A stretch of DNA of 64,000 nucleotides, taken from NCBI GenBank assembly GCA_050124795.1, contig JASFEO010000001.1, positions 26,723 through 90,722 of the forward strand, given 5' to 3'. The first letter of the stretch is position 1. Every line of letters starts with the position of its first letter. The stretch is from Candidatus Pacearchaeota archaeon (GTDB taxonomy: Archaea; Nanobdellota; Nanobdellia; Pacearchaeales; GW2011-AR1). A program made the position numbers and the translations under genes. This document shows positions 10,194-19,404 of the stretch, in pieces. The notes beneath the pieces were generated by a model. It saw only the letters and a program-made list of their open reading frames with translations, was not told the origin of the DNA and searched no databases.

Positions 10194-10730
10194 TTAACTC
10201 TTCTTTTTACATAAAATTAAAAATTCCCTATTCCCGCCTTTTTTCCCGACCAAAGGAGACTCAACAATATTTACAATATCTACAATTCCGGATATCTCTT
10301 TTTTAACTTTCTCTAGGATTTCCTGCAAGTGTTCTTCATTTCTTATTTTTTCATTTGCTTCATAATGCGGTTTTATTAAACTAACAATTTCCCCATTATC
10401 TTTTAAATTCTTGATTGCATTCGGTAAAATCTTTTTTTGAATTGTCCATCCTGCATCAATAGAAATAAAATCACACTTTTCAGGCAACTTAATATGAATG
10501 GCATTTGTTTTATCAAGGACTATAACTCTCTCGTCATCTTTTAATGCAAAATGCAATCTGTTTTTTGAAGTTTCAATTGAATAAATTTTTTCAGGACCTT
10601 CTTCTAAAATTGCCTGCACAAAACCTCCGGTTGAAGAACCAAAATCTGCGCAAACTTTATTTTTTAAATTTAACTTAAATTTTTCAATTGCAAACTTTAA
10701 TTTATGATATCCACGTGAAACCGGCTGCAT
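10194..10730 (-). CDS. TlyA/FtsJ-like SAM-dependent RNA 2'-O-methyltransferase (no S4 domain)
   Basis: SAM motif I-like VCADFGSSTGGFVQ; Rossmann-like spacing of following acidic residues. Confidence 0.6.
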   Translation of the reverse strand: MQPVSRGYHKLKFAIEKFKLNLKNKVCADFGSSTGGFVQAILEEGPEKIYSIETSKNRLHFALKDDERVIVLDKTNAIHIKLPEKCDFISIDAGWTIQKKILPNAIKNLKDNGEIVSLIKPHYEANEKIRNEEHLQEILEKVKKEISGIVDIVNIVESPLVGKKGGNREFLILCKKKS

Positions 10731-10800
10731 AAAAGTAATTGTTTTCTTTGTTTAAATTTTTTTCCAAACATTTTATAAACTAAATCTTTCTATAATTTTT

Positions 10801-11136
10801 ATGGCATATTTTAATAAAAAGAAACAAAATAATTCTGAAGAGCCAAAAATTGTTAGGGCTCCGTTGCCAAAGGAAAATCAAGTTATTGGAATTGTTGAAC
10901 AGCGCTTAGGTGGAAATAAAATGATGGTGAATTGCCTTGATGGCAAAGCAAGAAATTGCCGGGTTCCCGGAAGACTCAGGAGAAGACTTTGGTTGCGTCC
11001 AGATGATGTTGTGATAATTGAACCTTGGGAACTCGACGACAAAAAAGGAGATGTTTTGTTTAAGTATCGCAATAATCAAATTGAATGGCTTAAGAAAAAT
11101 GGTTATCTTAAAACTGAAGGTGTTAATGAGTTTTAA
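10801..11136 (+). CDS. eif1a: Translation initiation factor aIF-1A
   Basis: 111 aa; S1/OB core VIGIVEQRLGGNKMMVNCLDGKARNCRVPGRLRRRLWLRPDDVVIIEPWE typical of a/eIF-1A. Confidence 0.85.
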   Translation: MAYFNKKKQNNSEEPKIVRAPLPKENQVIGIVEQRLGGNKMMVNCLDGKARNCRVPGRLRRRLWLRPDDVVIIEPWELDDKKGDVLFKYRNNQIEWLKKNGYLKTEGVNEF

Positions 11137-11399
11137 AAAATATATTTTAGAATATGCAAATAAATAAAAAGGAATTCTCCTAAATAAAAAAATGAGATGT
11201 CCAAAAAAAGACTGCATGTACAATGATAGGAATAATCCCCTTTCTGAAGAAGATGAAAAAATTAGAGATTTAGCATTACGAGATAATTCAAGTATAGTTT
11301 CTGACTGCAGTAGTCCTAATCAAATGACTTTTTTTGGCGAATGCATAACTTATATTCCATTGAAACAAGAAGGTTAATGAGTTTTAGAAATTTCACATT

Positions 11400-11867
11400 T
11401 CACTCTAAAGAACAACTATCTCTGGAGGTTATCCTCTCTAATTCTTTTAAAAAGGAAACCATCCTTGTATAATCTTTATTTTCTCGAATGGAATTAATAT
11501 TATTAGGTTCTTTGGCTATTTTCTTAAGCAAGCCTTCAAAACCTTTTATCTTTTTTGAATATTTCTCTCTTGATTTTCCAATAGGATAGCCAACTTTCTT
11601 TAAAATTCGGGTACTAAGCCTTGAAAAGAAAGATATTTCATTTAAATCTACAAGTAATAGATTATTCCCATATTCTTTTTCAACAGAACGCCAATCAGGA
11701 CCATATGACCTCATTGTTGCAAAAAGTCCTGCAGAATCTCTTCCAAGATATTCAACTTCTCCTTTAATCATATCCTTATTTTTTTCTAAATCATCTAGGA
11801 CACAGAGTGTATAATGCGCTACGTTATTAATTGAATCCCATGACATAAGAACCAAAACAAATTTCAC
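11400..11867 (-). CDS. Hypothetical protein
   Basis: 155 aa intact ORF; no motif. Confidence 0.35.
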   Translation of the reverse strand: MKFVLVLMSWDSINNVAHYTLCVLDDLEKNKDMIKGEVEYLGRDSAGLFATMRSYGPDWRSVEKEYGNNLLLVDLNEISFFSRLSTRILKKVGYPIGKSREKYSKKIKGFEGLLKKIAKEPNNINSIRENKDYTRMVSFLKELERITSRDSCSLE

Positions 11868-11927
11868 TTAATAAATATTTATGTCCTAAAAGATAATTAT
11901 AAAAACATTATTTTTTTTATTTCTATT

Positions 11928-12428
11928 ATGAAAGTAATACTTTGTGAAAAACTACCAAGAATTTTAAAGAATAAAAAAAAATTAGAGAAAACTCTAAATG
12001 TTAAAATTCAGAACAGAGGCAAAGAAGTTAAAATTGAAGGGAAAGGCGAAGATGAATTTATTGCTGAGAAAGTAATTGATGCTCTTAATTTTGGTTTTTC
12101 TTATTCAGATGCAATCTCAATAAAATCTGAAGATTTTGATTTTGAAGTTATTAGTATAAAAGATTACACAAAAAGAAAAGATTTGAAATCAGTCAGGGCA
12201 AGGATAATTGGCGGGGGGGGGAAAACTTTGAAAGTGTTGTCAGACTTATCGCGTTGTTCTTTAGAATTAAAGGAAAACTCAGTTGGCATAATTGGTCCGC
12301 CTGAGTGCATTCAAAACGCGATTGATGGAATTTCTTCAATTTGTCATGGCTCAAAGCAGTCAAATGTTTACAAACTTCTAGAAGAACATCAAATTAAAGA
12401 ACCAGTTGATTTAGGTTTGAAGAAATAA
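11928..12428 (+). CDS. KH-domain RNA-binding protein (archaeal Dim2/Pno1-like)
   Basis: 166 aa with two KH-like units; GXXG loop IIGGGGKTLKVL; size and layout match archaeal Dim2. Confidence 0.65.
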   Translation: MKVILCEKLPRILKNKKKLEKTLNVKIQNRGKEVKIEGKGEDEFIAEKVIDALNFGFSYSDAISIKSEDFDFEVISIKDYTKRKDLKSVRARIIGGGGKTLKVLSDLSRCSLELKENSVGIIGPPECIQNAIDGISSICHGSKQSNVYKLLEEHQIKEPVDLGLKK

Positions 12429-12479
12429 TGTCCCTTTAGTTCAGAAAGGTTTTATAAAAGATATTTATCTTATTAATTA

Positions 12480-13247
12480 ATGTATATTCAATTAGATAAA
12501 GAAAAACAAAAGTTAATCATAAAACAATCTATTGCTAAAGCTGGTTCTTATAGAAAATTAGCCAAAGAATTAAAGATTCCTCTTTCATCAATCTGCGCCT
12601 ATGAAAATGGTAGAGTAATTCTTAAAGAAAGATTCCAAAAAATAATTAGTTTTTTAAAATTAAATCAAAGCAAATTAGATTTCAAGGAATTAGATGACAA
12701 CTGGAGACAAGTTATTGGGGGTAAAAATTGTGTTAAATCAAAAAAACAAAAAGGGACTTATGAGGAACAATTAAGAAAGGCTCAACAATCTGGAGCATTA
12801 AAATTAAAAGATTGGCATAAATCAATGAAGAAAAATAATCCTAGAAAATACTATGAAATGCAGCATTCTAAATTTAAGATGATTGCAGGATATAAATTTA
12901 TAGCAAAAAAAGGACATAAGGTTAGAAATCTCTTTGAAAAAAAGGTAGCAGATATTTTGCATGAATTAAATATTAATTATGAATATGAGCCTTTGGTAAA
13001 ATCAAGAGGGAAAAACGTCTTTCCTGATTTTGTGGTAAATAAAAAAACAATTTTAGAGTGCACTGCCTGGAGAAATGAGACAAAGGCATATCAATTAAGG
13101 GATAAGATAGAGTATTTAAAAAATAATTATCGTGTGTTTGTGGTGATTCCAAAAGGTTTATATAGATATTATCGGATTTTAGATAAACGTCTGATTCACG
13201 GATTAGATGAATTTGTCCCCGTAGCTCAGACTTTTCATTCGTCATAA
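12480..13247 (+). CDS. HTH domain fused to Hjc-like PD-(D/E)xK nuclease domain
   Basis: N-terminal AGSYRKLAKELKIPLSSICAYENG HTH; C-terminal KGHKVRNLFEKKVADIL...NVFPDFVV...ILEC resembling the Hjc resolvase core; last 11 codons overlap the tRNA-Asn 5' exon. Confidence 0.45.
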   Translation: MYIQLDKEKQKLIIKQSIAKAGSYRKLAKELKIPLSSICAYENGRVILKERFQKIISFLKLNQSKLDFKELDDNWRQVIGGKNCVKSKKQKGTYEEQLRKAQQSGALKLKDWHKSMKKNNPRKYYEMQHSKFKMIAGYKFIAKKGHKVRNLFEKKVADILHELNINYEYEPLVKSRGKNVFPDFVVNKKTILECTAWRNETKAYQLRDKIEYLKNNYRVFVVIPKGLYRYYRILDKRLIHGLDEFVPVAQTFHSS

Positions 13248-13325
13248 AAAGCGAGGAAAAGGAGCAATTGGCAGAGCGCATGGCTGTTAACCATGGTGTC
13301 GTTGGTTCGAGTCCAGCCGGGGACG
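13215..13325 (+). tRNA. tRNA-Asn (GTT) with putative non-canonical D-loop intron (about 13230-13267)
   Basis: Acceptor 5' GTCCCCG (13215-21) pairs with 3' CGGGGAC (13318-24); D-stem halves GCTC (13224-27) and GAGC (13274-77) sit about 46 nt apart; anticodon arm CATGG-CTGTTAA-CCATG; T arm GTTGG-TTCGAGT-CCAGC; discriminator G, CCA not encoded. Confidence 0.65.
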
Positions 13326-13379
13326 TTTTATATTTTCCAAAACAGATATTTATTTAAACTAAGAATTACTAACTATTTT

Positions 13380-13655
13380 ATGAAAACATTAGATGAAATT
13401 AGACAGATTGCATTTCAGATAGATGAACTGGCTCTCTCTCTCAGTTAGGGGATAAAGGAGATTACCTTGTTGGTGTTGGAATATATTTTACAAATAATCC
13501 CGAACATGATTTGCCAAAAGATTATTCTGAAAAATTTTATATTTGTGTTCAAGGTGCAGATGATATGAAAAGACCCGATGAATTAAAGCTTCCGGAATAT
13601 AAGGACGGAATTTTTATCACAGAAGAGCAAACAGGCAGACCACAATTCGCCTAAG
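13380..13655 (+). pseudogene. Small ORF interrupted by an in-frame TAG after a (CT)5 tract
   Basis: ATG at 13380; reads MKTLDEIRQIAFQIDELALSLS-TAG-GDKGDYLVGVGIYFTNNPEHDLPKDYSEKFYICVQGADDMKRPDELKLPEYKDGIFITEEQTGRPQFA-TAA in one frame; TAG is used as a genuine stop elsewhere (GatB). Confidence 0.3.
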
Positions 13656-13696
13656 AAATTAATTAATTTTATAAACATCTTTCTCTTTTACCAATC

Positions 13697-14251
13697 ATGG
13701 ACTTAACAAAAGCAATTTACAAAAGAAGAAGTGTAAAAAAATATTCTAAAAAAAAGCCTGACTGGAGAGATATTGTTGAGGCAATTGATGCATCTAGGCA
13801 CGCACCAATGGCAGGAAATAATTTTTCATTAAAATTTATAATTATAGATGATGAAGAAAAAATAAAAAAATTAGCTTCTGCAGCTCAACAGCAATTTATT
13901 CAAAATGCTCAGTATGTCGTCGTAGCATGCACAAATCCCTCGAGAACAATTAATGCTTATGAAGAACGAGGAAAAATTTATTGTCGTCAGCAGGCAGGAG
14001 CAGCAATTCAAAACTTTCTTCTCAAACTCGAAGAAAGAAAACTAGCAACCTGTTGGGTTGGTCACTTTGTAGAAAAATTAATTAAAGAAGCAGTCGGAGT
14101 TCCAGAAGACATTGATGTTGAAGCAATTTTTCCAATAGGTTATGAACAAGGAAAAACTCCAAAAAAATCAAAAACAGAATTAAGAAATATTTTATATTTT
14201 AACAAGTATGGAAAAAAGGGAATGATAACTCCGAGGCAGTTGGAAGTGTAA
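13697..14251 (+). CDS. Nitroreductase-family oxidoreductase (FMN-dependent)
   Basis: 184 aa; AIYKRRSVKKY...DIVEAIDASRHAPMAGNNFSLKFIII...ATCWVG matches the nitroreductase fold pattern. Confidence 0.7.
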   Translation: MDLTKAIYKRRSVKKYSKKKPDWRDIVEAIDASRHAPMAGNNFSLKFIIIDDEEKIKKLASAAQQQFIQNAQYVVVACTNPSRTINAYEERGKIYCRQQAGAAIQNFLLKLEERKLATCWVGHFVEKLIKEAVGVPEDIDVEAIFPIGYEQGKTPKKSKTELRNILYFNKYGKKGMITPRQLEV

Positions 14252-14304
14252 AATATATCTTTTAGAATATAAATCTATAAAAAGAAACTAATAATTAATC
14301 TTTT

Positions 14305-14784
14305 ATGAAAAAAGAGGAAAAGCCTTGCACTTTTTGTGTTCTTCGTGACAAGGGGGGGCATTTATATGAAGATGAATTTTTTTATTCAAGGTTTGACAGA
14401 TTCCCCTGCACCCCGGGGCATGTTGAAGTTATCCCAAAAAAGCATGTTGCAGATTTGCAAGATTTAACCAAAGAAGAATGGACTTTTTATTTTCCTGCTA
14501 TTAAGAAAACATTAGACAGAATAAATAAAACTAATCTTGAAAAATTGTATAAAAGTTATGTTAAAGAACCCTTAAATGAAAAATCACTTGGTTTTTGCAA
14601 AGACGCACTAAAACATCCTTACCTAAATCAGGATTTTGAAGATTGTTTAATTGGCTGGAATAATGGGGAAAAAGCCGGAAGAACAGTTCATCATTTACAT
14701 CTTCATATAATTCCTGCGTATCCCGGAGACATCCGCGAAGGAGGGATAAGGCATGCAGTTGAGGGAAAAGGATTTTATCGATAA
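14305..14784 (+). CDS. HIT-family nucleotide hydrolase/transferase
   Basis: C-terminal histidine triad TVHHLHLHIIP; N-terminal Cys/His PCTFC...CTPGH as in GalT/HIT branches. Confidence 0.55.
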   Translation: MKKEEKPCTFCVLRDKGGHLYEDEFFYSRFDRFPCTPGHVEVIPKKHVADLQDLTKEEWTFYFPAIKKTLDRINKTNLEKLYKSYVKEPLNEKSLGFCKDALKHPYLNQDFEDCLIGWNNGEKAGRTVHHLHLHIIPAYPGDIREGGIRHAVEGKGFYR

Positions 14785-14830
14785 AAACTATTAAAATTTT
14801 CCTTTAAAAAACAATATGTTTCAGGAAATT

Positions 14831-15094
14831 TCAAATTTTCCCGGCATTTCTATAATCTACTTCAAAATAAGTTGCAGTCGCCCCGCAAACACTACAAACA
14901 TAGGTCACTGCATCACCTCCTTCAACATCTATGCTCCTTGGGACCCTTAATTGTTCAACCATAAAATCAAATTTATGAATTTTATTTTTAAAATCAACGC
15001 ATTTCAAAAGTTCTGTTATACTTTTTTTATCAATTTCCATAAAAACAGAATTAAAACTCTCTTTAAAAAGATTGTTGTGGTATAGCAAAAACAA
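14831..15094 (-). CDS. Hypothetical small protein with Cys pair
   Basis: 87 aa; CSVCGATATYF. Confidence 0.3.
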   Translation of the reverse strand: MFLLYHNNLFKESFNSVFMEIDKKSITELLKCVDFKNKIHKFDFMVEQLRVPRSIDVEGGDAVTYVCSVCGATATYFEVDYRNAGKI

Positions 15095-15163
15095 AAAACC
15101 CTCCCGAAGATTTCTCCTCGGAAGATTTAATAAATAATTTAATTTGTCATAGACAAATCTTTT

Positions 15164-16243
15164 TTATCTCCAGACTTCAATACCTAAATCTGAAATTTCT
15201 TTACTTACAGGCAAACTGTCACTTGCAACTTCCTTTCCCAAAACATACGGAGACTTAACTCCTGTCATTATTGTTATCACTCTCACTTTTCCCGAAAATT
15301 CTTTACTAATTCTGGCGCCAATAATGACCTGTGCCTCAGGACTTAAGTTTTCTGAAACTGCTCTGCCGATAACATCAAACTCTTCCAGTTTTAAATCAGG
15401 TCCGCAAGTTATGTGTATCAACGCGCCCGTAGCACCTGCATAATCCACATCAAGTAGAGGATGAGTAAGTGCCTGTTTGACTGCATCATTAACACGGTCC
15501 TGCGTATTTGATTCACCAATACCAATAACTGAAACACCGCCGTTTCTCATGATAGCAGAAACATCTGCATAATCCAAATTAATTAAACTTGGAATTGTTA
15601 TACATTCGACAATACCCTTAATCATAGTGCTCACAAGTTCGTTCGCCACTGCAAAAGCCTGTTCAATTGGCAGTTGCCCTGCAATATCAACTAATCTGTT
15701 GTTGTCTAAAACAATGCAAGTATCTGTGACTTCTCTTAATTCTTGAAGTCCGAATTCAGCCTTGTCAATTCTTGCTTTCTCACTTTCAAAAGGCATTGTA
15801 ACAACTCCTATGACAACTGCGCCGGTTTCTTTAGCTAATTGCGCCACAACCGGAGCTGCTCCTGTTCCTGTTCCTCCGCCTTCACCGGCAAGAACAAAAA
15901 CCATGTCCCCGCCTGAGATTGCTTTTTTAAGATCAACAATTGCTTCCTTTGCAGCCTCTCTTCCTCGTGCAGCATTTCCGCCAGCACCTAATCCACGAGT
16001 TAATTCCTTGCCAATTAAGATTTTTTCATCAGCCTTTGTAACACTCAAATGCAATGCATCTGTGTTTGCAGCATAGACTGTTGCTCCGTTGACACCTTTG
16101 TTGAAAAGCCAGGTAACAAAGTTGCATCCACTGCCTCCAACACCAATAACTTTAATGCTTGCCTTCCCGGCTTTCAGTTCATCAAAGTTAATACTATGGC
16201 TTTCTGCATTTTGTATTGCCTCTTTTGCAAAATCTAATACCAT
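15164..16243 (-). CDS. ftsZ: Cell division GTPase FtsZ
   Basis: Tubulin signature GGGTGTGAAPVVA; IKVIGVGGSGCN N-terminal GTP-binding loop; 359 aa. Confidence 0.9.
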   Translation of the reverse strand: MVLDFAKEAIQNAESHSINFDELKAGKASIKVIGVGGSGCNFVTWLFNKGVNGATVYAANTDALHLSVTKADEKILIGKELTRGLGAGGNAARGREAAKEAIVDLKKAISGGDMVFVLAGEGGGTGTGAAPVVAQLAKETGAVVIGVVTMPFESEKARIDKAEFGLQELREVTDTCIVLDNNRLVDIAGQLPIEQAFAVANELVSTMIKGIVECITIPSLINLDYADVSAIMRNGGVSVIGIGESNTQDRVNDAVKQALTHPLLDVDYAGATGALIHITCGPDLKLEEFDVIGRAVSENLSPEAQVIIGARISKEFSGKVRVITIMTGVKSPYVLGKEVASDSLPVSKEISDLGIEVWR

Positions 16244-16457
16244 TTCTTTTTTACCTCCTTGTAACTCTATTCACCTCTCACTATGCAAGAGTCGCGCAAA
16301 ATTAACGAAATGTTTAAATAATTCACGCACTTACATTTATTATAAAGAATTCAGCCTCGTGGATTTAAATTAATTTAATCTACATGATGTTTAAATTAAT
16401 ATTAAAAAAATGAGGCTTTTTTTATTTATATAGATTTCTATGGTTTTTTGTATATTT

Positions 16458-17018
16458 CTAAACAACTTTCTCCAACTTCATAATCTTCCACCAGGCTTTC
16501 TCTAATTTTTTATTAGCCTCACTAACAATTATTTTTAAAAAATTTTCATCAACTAAAAGTTTTCCACGTCGCATAATTGGAAACTCTAATTTCTCAGTTG
16601 AATTTAATTCTAGAATAATTTTATTTTTTGAAGTAATCATGCCAGACCTTTTCCAGCCAATCTCTCTTGCCTCGTCCAATAACTTTTGAGCATCAGTTAA
16701 ATTCTCACACGCAACATGAAGTATGCAACTTTCCATTTTAAATTTTATATTTTCTTTTTTATTAATTTCATCTAAAGTTTTTTTCAATTCTTCAAAACTA
16801 ATTTTATCATGCCAGACTTTTAAAAATAAATTTCCTCTTTCTTCATCTTTATCAATCAACAAAACAATTCTTCCCGCGCACGACGAAGTCGTATAAAAAT
16901 TTTCTTTTTTGTTTATTTTTTCACAAAGCGAAATTATTTTCTTATCCCAACTTCCCTTAGTTGATTTATCTAACTTAGAAAGAACTGAACTTTTTCTTTG
17001 ATTAAAATTTGAAGTCAT
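16458..17018 (-). CDS. tRNA wybutosine-synthesis protein Taw3/TYW3-like methyltransferase
   Basis: 186 aa with TSSCAGRIVLL resembling the S(S/T)CSGR motif of TYW3. Confidence 0.5.
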   Translation of the reverse strand: MTSNFNQRKSSVLSKLDKSTKGSWDKKIISLCEKINKKENFYTTSSCAGRIVLLIDKDEERGNLFLKVWHDKISFEELKKTLDEINKKENIKFKMESCILHVACENLTDAQKLLDEAREIGWKRSGMITSKNKIILELNSTEKLEFPIMRRGKLLVDENFLKIIVSEANKKLEKAWWKIMKLEKVV

Positions 17019-17506
17019 TTTAACTCTTCTTCTAATTCTTCATAAGAAATATATTTCAAATTAATTTTTCTCACAGCATCTTTTGGCAACTCTCCTGAAA
17101 CAAGTTCCTTTATTATATAAACTATCTTTGGACGAAACCATTTTGAGTAAGCAATTTCAACCAAAACCCCTTCCGCATAACCCAAACAAATCAACAAGTC
17201 AGTTTCTTCATTTAATCTCTCAGGCTGATTTCTCCAGGTTTTGCAATTAATATTTTTTCCGATCTCTTGATTAACCCAATCAAATCCAAACTCTTTATCG
17301 TCGAGTGGAATTATTGAATAAACTTTTTTCCCTTTATTTTCAATATAACTTTTTGCAAAAAATTCAGACACACTTCCTTTATCAGGAGTTAAAACAATTT
17401 CACATTCAGAAACTTTCTTTGAAATTTCTGAAACTATTCTCTTAGCGTCTTTATTTATTTCTTCAGGAGAAGAAAAACTTGTTGGTCCAATTATTCCGAT
17501 TTTCAT
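17015..17506 (-). CDS. Rossmann-fold nucleotide-binding protein (TIGR00725/LOG-like)
   Basis: MKIGIIGPTS... N-terminal beta-alpha-beta start; overall SLOG-like pattern; weak. Confidence 0.35.
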   Translation of the reverse strand: MKIGIIGPTSFSSPEEINKDAKRIVSEISKKVSECEIVLTPDKGSVSEFFAKSYIENKGKKVYSIIPLDDKEFGFDWVNQEIGKNINCKTWRNQPERLNEETDLLICLGYAEGVLVEIAYSKWFRPKIVYIIKELVSGELPKDAVRKINLKYISYEELEEELK

Positions 17507-18168
17507 TCTTTCTCCAAAATTTCACATTTAATTTTATCTTCTTCGCAAAGTTCACAAAACTCTTTTGCATCATCAATACTTCCGACAATACTTCCATAAT
17601 GCATTGGAATCGCTAATGTAGGTTTAATTAATTTTACCGCTTCATGCGCTTCTTCTGCAGACATTGTAAATCTCCCCCCAACAGGTAAAAGCGCAACAAA
17701 CTCTTTTCCTTCTTTTTTATGACCAGTAAGTTTTTGCATTTCAGGAATTTTGTCAGTATCTCCTGCATGGTAAATTAAAACATCATGTATCTTAATTAAA
17801 TATCCCACCCATGACTCATCTTTTGAATGAAATGGTTTGTCAATGTTATAAGCTGCAAGAGCTGAAATTTTAACATCCCCATAGTTTAATTCATCTTCTT
17901 TTTCAATAATTTCTATTTTTATTGGAATACTAAATCTTGTGATTTTGCTCTGGCAACCAGCAGGTGCAACAATCCGAGTTCCATCTCTAACAATTTTTTG
18001 CAAATCAGCCACACTGCAATGATCATAATGACTATGCGTCAATAAAATCAAATCTGCTTTTGGCAAATTTTCTGTTATATTATACGGGTCAATATAAATC
18101 ACCTTTGAATTTAAAATTAAAAAACCAGAATGACCAAGCCACTTAAGTTCAACATCATTAATTTTCAT
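17503..18168 (-). CDS. Metallo-beta-lactamase-fold hydrolase
   Basis: HxHxDH motif LILLTHSHYDHCS plus downstream His/Asp ligands. Confidence 0.75.
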   Translation of the reverse strand: MKINDVELKWLGHSGFLILNSKVIYIDPYNITENLPKADLILLTHSHYDHCSVADLQKIVRDGTRIVAPAGCQSKITRFSIPIKIEIIEKEDELNYGDVKISALAAYNIDKPFHSKDESWVGYLIKIHDVLIYHAGDTDKIPEMQKLTGHKKEGKEFVALLPVGGRFTMSAEEAHEAVKLIKPTLAIPMHYGSIVGSIDDAKEFCELCEEDKIKCEILEKE

Positions 18169-18192
18169 AAAAATAAAAACATGAATTAGTTT

Positions 18193-18706
18193 TTAAAAAT
18201 TTCCTTCTGGAAACTTTTTCCAACTCTCAACTTTGCCGCCTTTCTTTAATTTCTTATCTAATATTAAAAGCTCTTCATAAATTCCCTCAATAAGGTCATA
18301 ATTTTTTGCTTCGTCAATTGTCACCCATTCGTAATCAGTCAAAGCATTGCATAATTTTACTTCCTTGTTTTCTGTTTCTGCCCACAAACTAATAATCAGC
18401 GACGGAACATTGTCAGACCGAACATAAACCAAACTTGTTACATAATCAAGATTATCAACTGAAATTCCAACCTCCTCTTTAACTTCTTTTTTTTGCTAAG
18501 TCTTCCAAAACATTATACCAATGAACTTTTGTATCTTTTTCCCTTAATGCATAATCCAAGACTTCTAGTTTTCCACCAGGCACAGTCCATTTATTTGGAA
18601 AAGCTTTTTCCCAACTCGCGCGTTTGCAAATTAAAAACTTGTTTTCTTTATCTGCTAAAATCACAGTTGCAGTAACATAATGAACCTGATTTTTGTCATA
18701 TTTCAT
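18193..18706 (-). pseudogene. Nudix hydrolase interrupted by a -1/+1 frameshift in an A8 homopolymer (18486-18493)
   Basis: ORFs 18479..18706 and 18193..18432 are contiguous; removing one A gives ...PGGKLE...NVLEDLAKKEVKEEVGISVDNLDYVTSLVYVRS... with a Nudix-box-like KEVKEEVGI. Confidence 0.5.
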
Positions 18707-18759
18707 AGAAAAAATCCATCACAATTATATTTAAATAGTTCCTCAAAACTTTTGAGTAA

Positions 18760-19362
18760 ATGGAAAGCGAGATACTAAAAGCATTTCTTTATAACGAGAA
18801 ATTGAAATTTAACGAGATTGAGAAACTTGCTAAACTGCGCTCAAACAAACTTGCATATCATATTAAAAAACTTGAAGAAAAAGGAGTTTTACAAAAAGAA
18901 AAAGATTTTTACAAATTAAGCGAGGCTGCTGAAAAATTAATTCCTTACTTAAGTGATAAAAGATCAAGCCTATCTGTTGTTTTAATTGCATTAACTAAAG
19001 ACAAAAAAGTATTTTTACATTCAAGAAAAAAACGTCCTTTCAAAAATAAATTATCCCTTCCTGGGGGAAGATTACTTTCCGGCGAAGAAATCAGCGATGC
19101 TGTAAAAAGAATGATGAAAGAAAAATTTAGCATAAATGCAAAACTCGAAAAAATAAATTCAATAACACTTGAGCATGTAAAAAATAAAGACAAAAAAATT
19201 CACTCATTCATTTTAATTCTCGTAACAGCCTCGACAAAAGAAAAAATAAAATATACTGAAATCAATAAAAACAAATCAAAAATTATTCCAAGTGATTATA
19301 AATTAATAAAAAGCGATTTGGACAAAGAAATTGAGATTATGACTTTTTTGACATCGGATTAA
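18760..19362 (+). CDS. Winged-HTH regulator fused to a degenerate (likely non-catalytic) Nudix-like domain
   Basis: N-terminal wHTH (FNEIEKLAKLRSNKLAYHIKKLEEKGVL); C-terminal LPGGRLLSGEEISDAVKRMMKEKFSI = Nudix box with REUxEE glutamates replaced; divergent from the frameshifted Nudix gene. Confidence 0.45.
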   Translation: MESEILKAFLYNEKLKFNEIEKLAKLRSNKLAYHIKKLEEKGVLQKEKDFYKLSEAAEKLIPYLSDKRSSLSVVLIALTKDKKVFLHSRKKRPFKNKLSLPGGRLLSGEEISDAVKRMMKEKFSINAKLEKINSITLEHVKNKDKKIHSFILILVTASTKEKIKYTEINKNKSKIIPSDYKLIKSDLDKEIEIMTFLTSD

Positions 19363-19404
19363 TTTTAAAGCAAATTTAATAAACCCAATCTTCTTTCCTT
19401 TTTC

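Noticed and set aside
15762-16373. Plus-strand ORFs overlapping ftsZ (15762..16076, 16049..16237, 16089..16373)
   Set aside because: Antisense to ftsZ; Ala/Pro-rich translations reflecting the complement of Gly-rich FtsZ codons.
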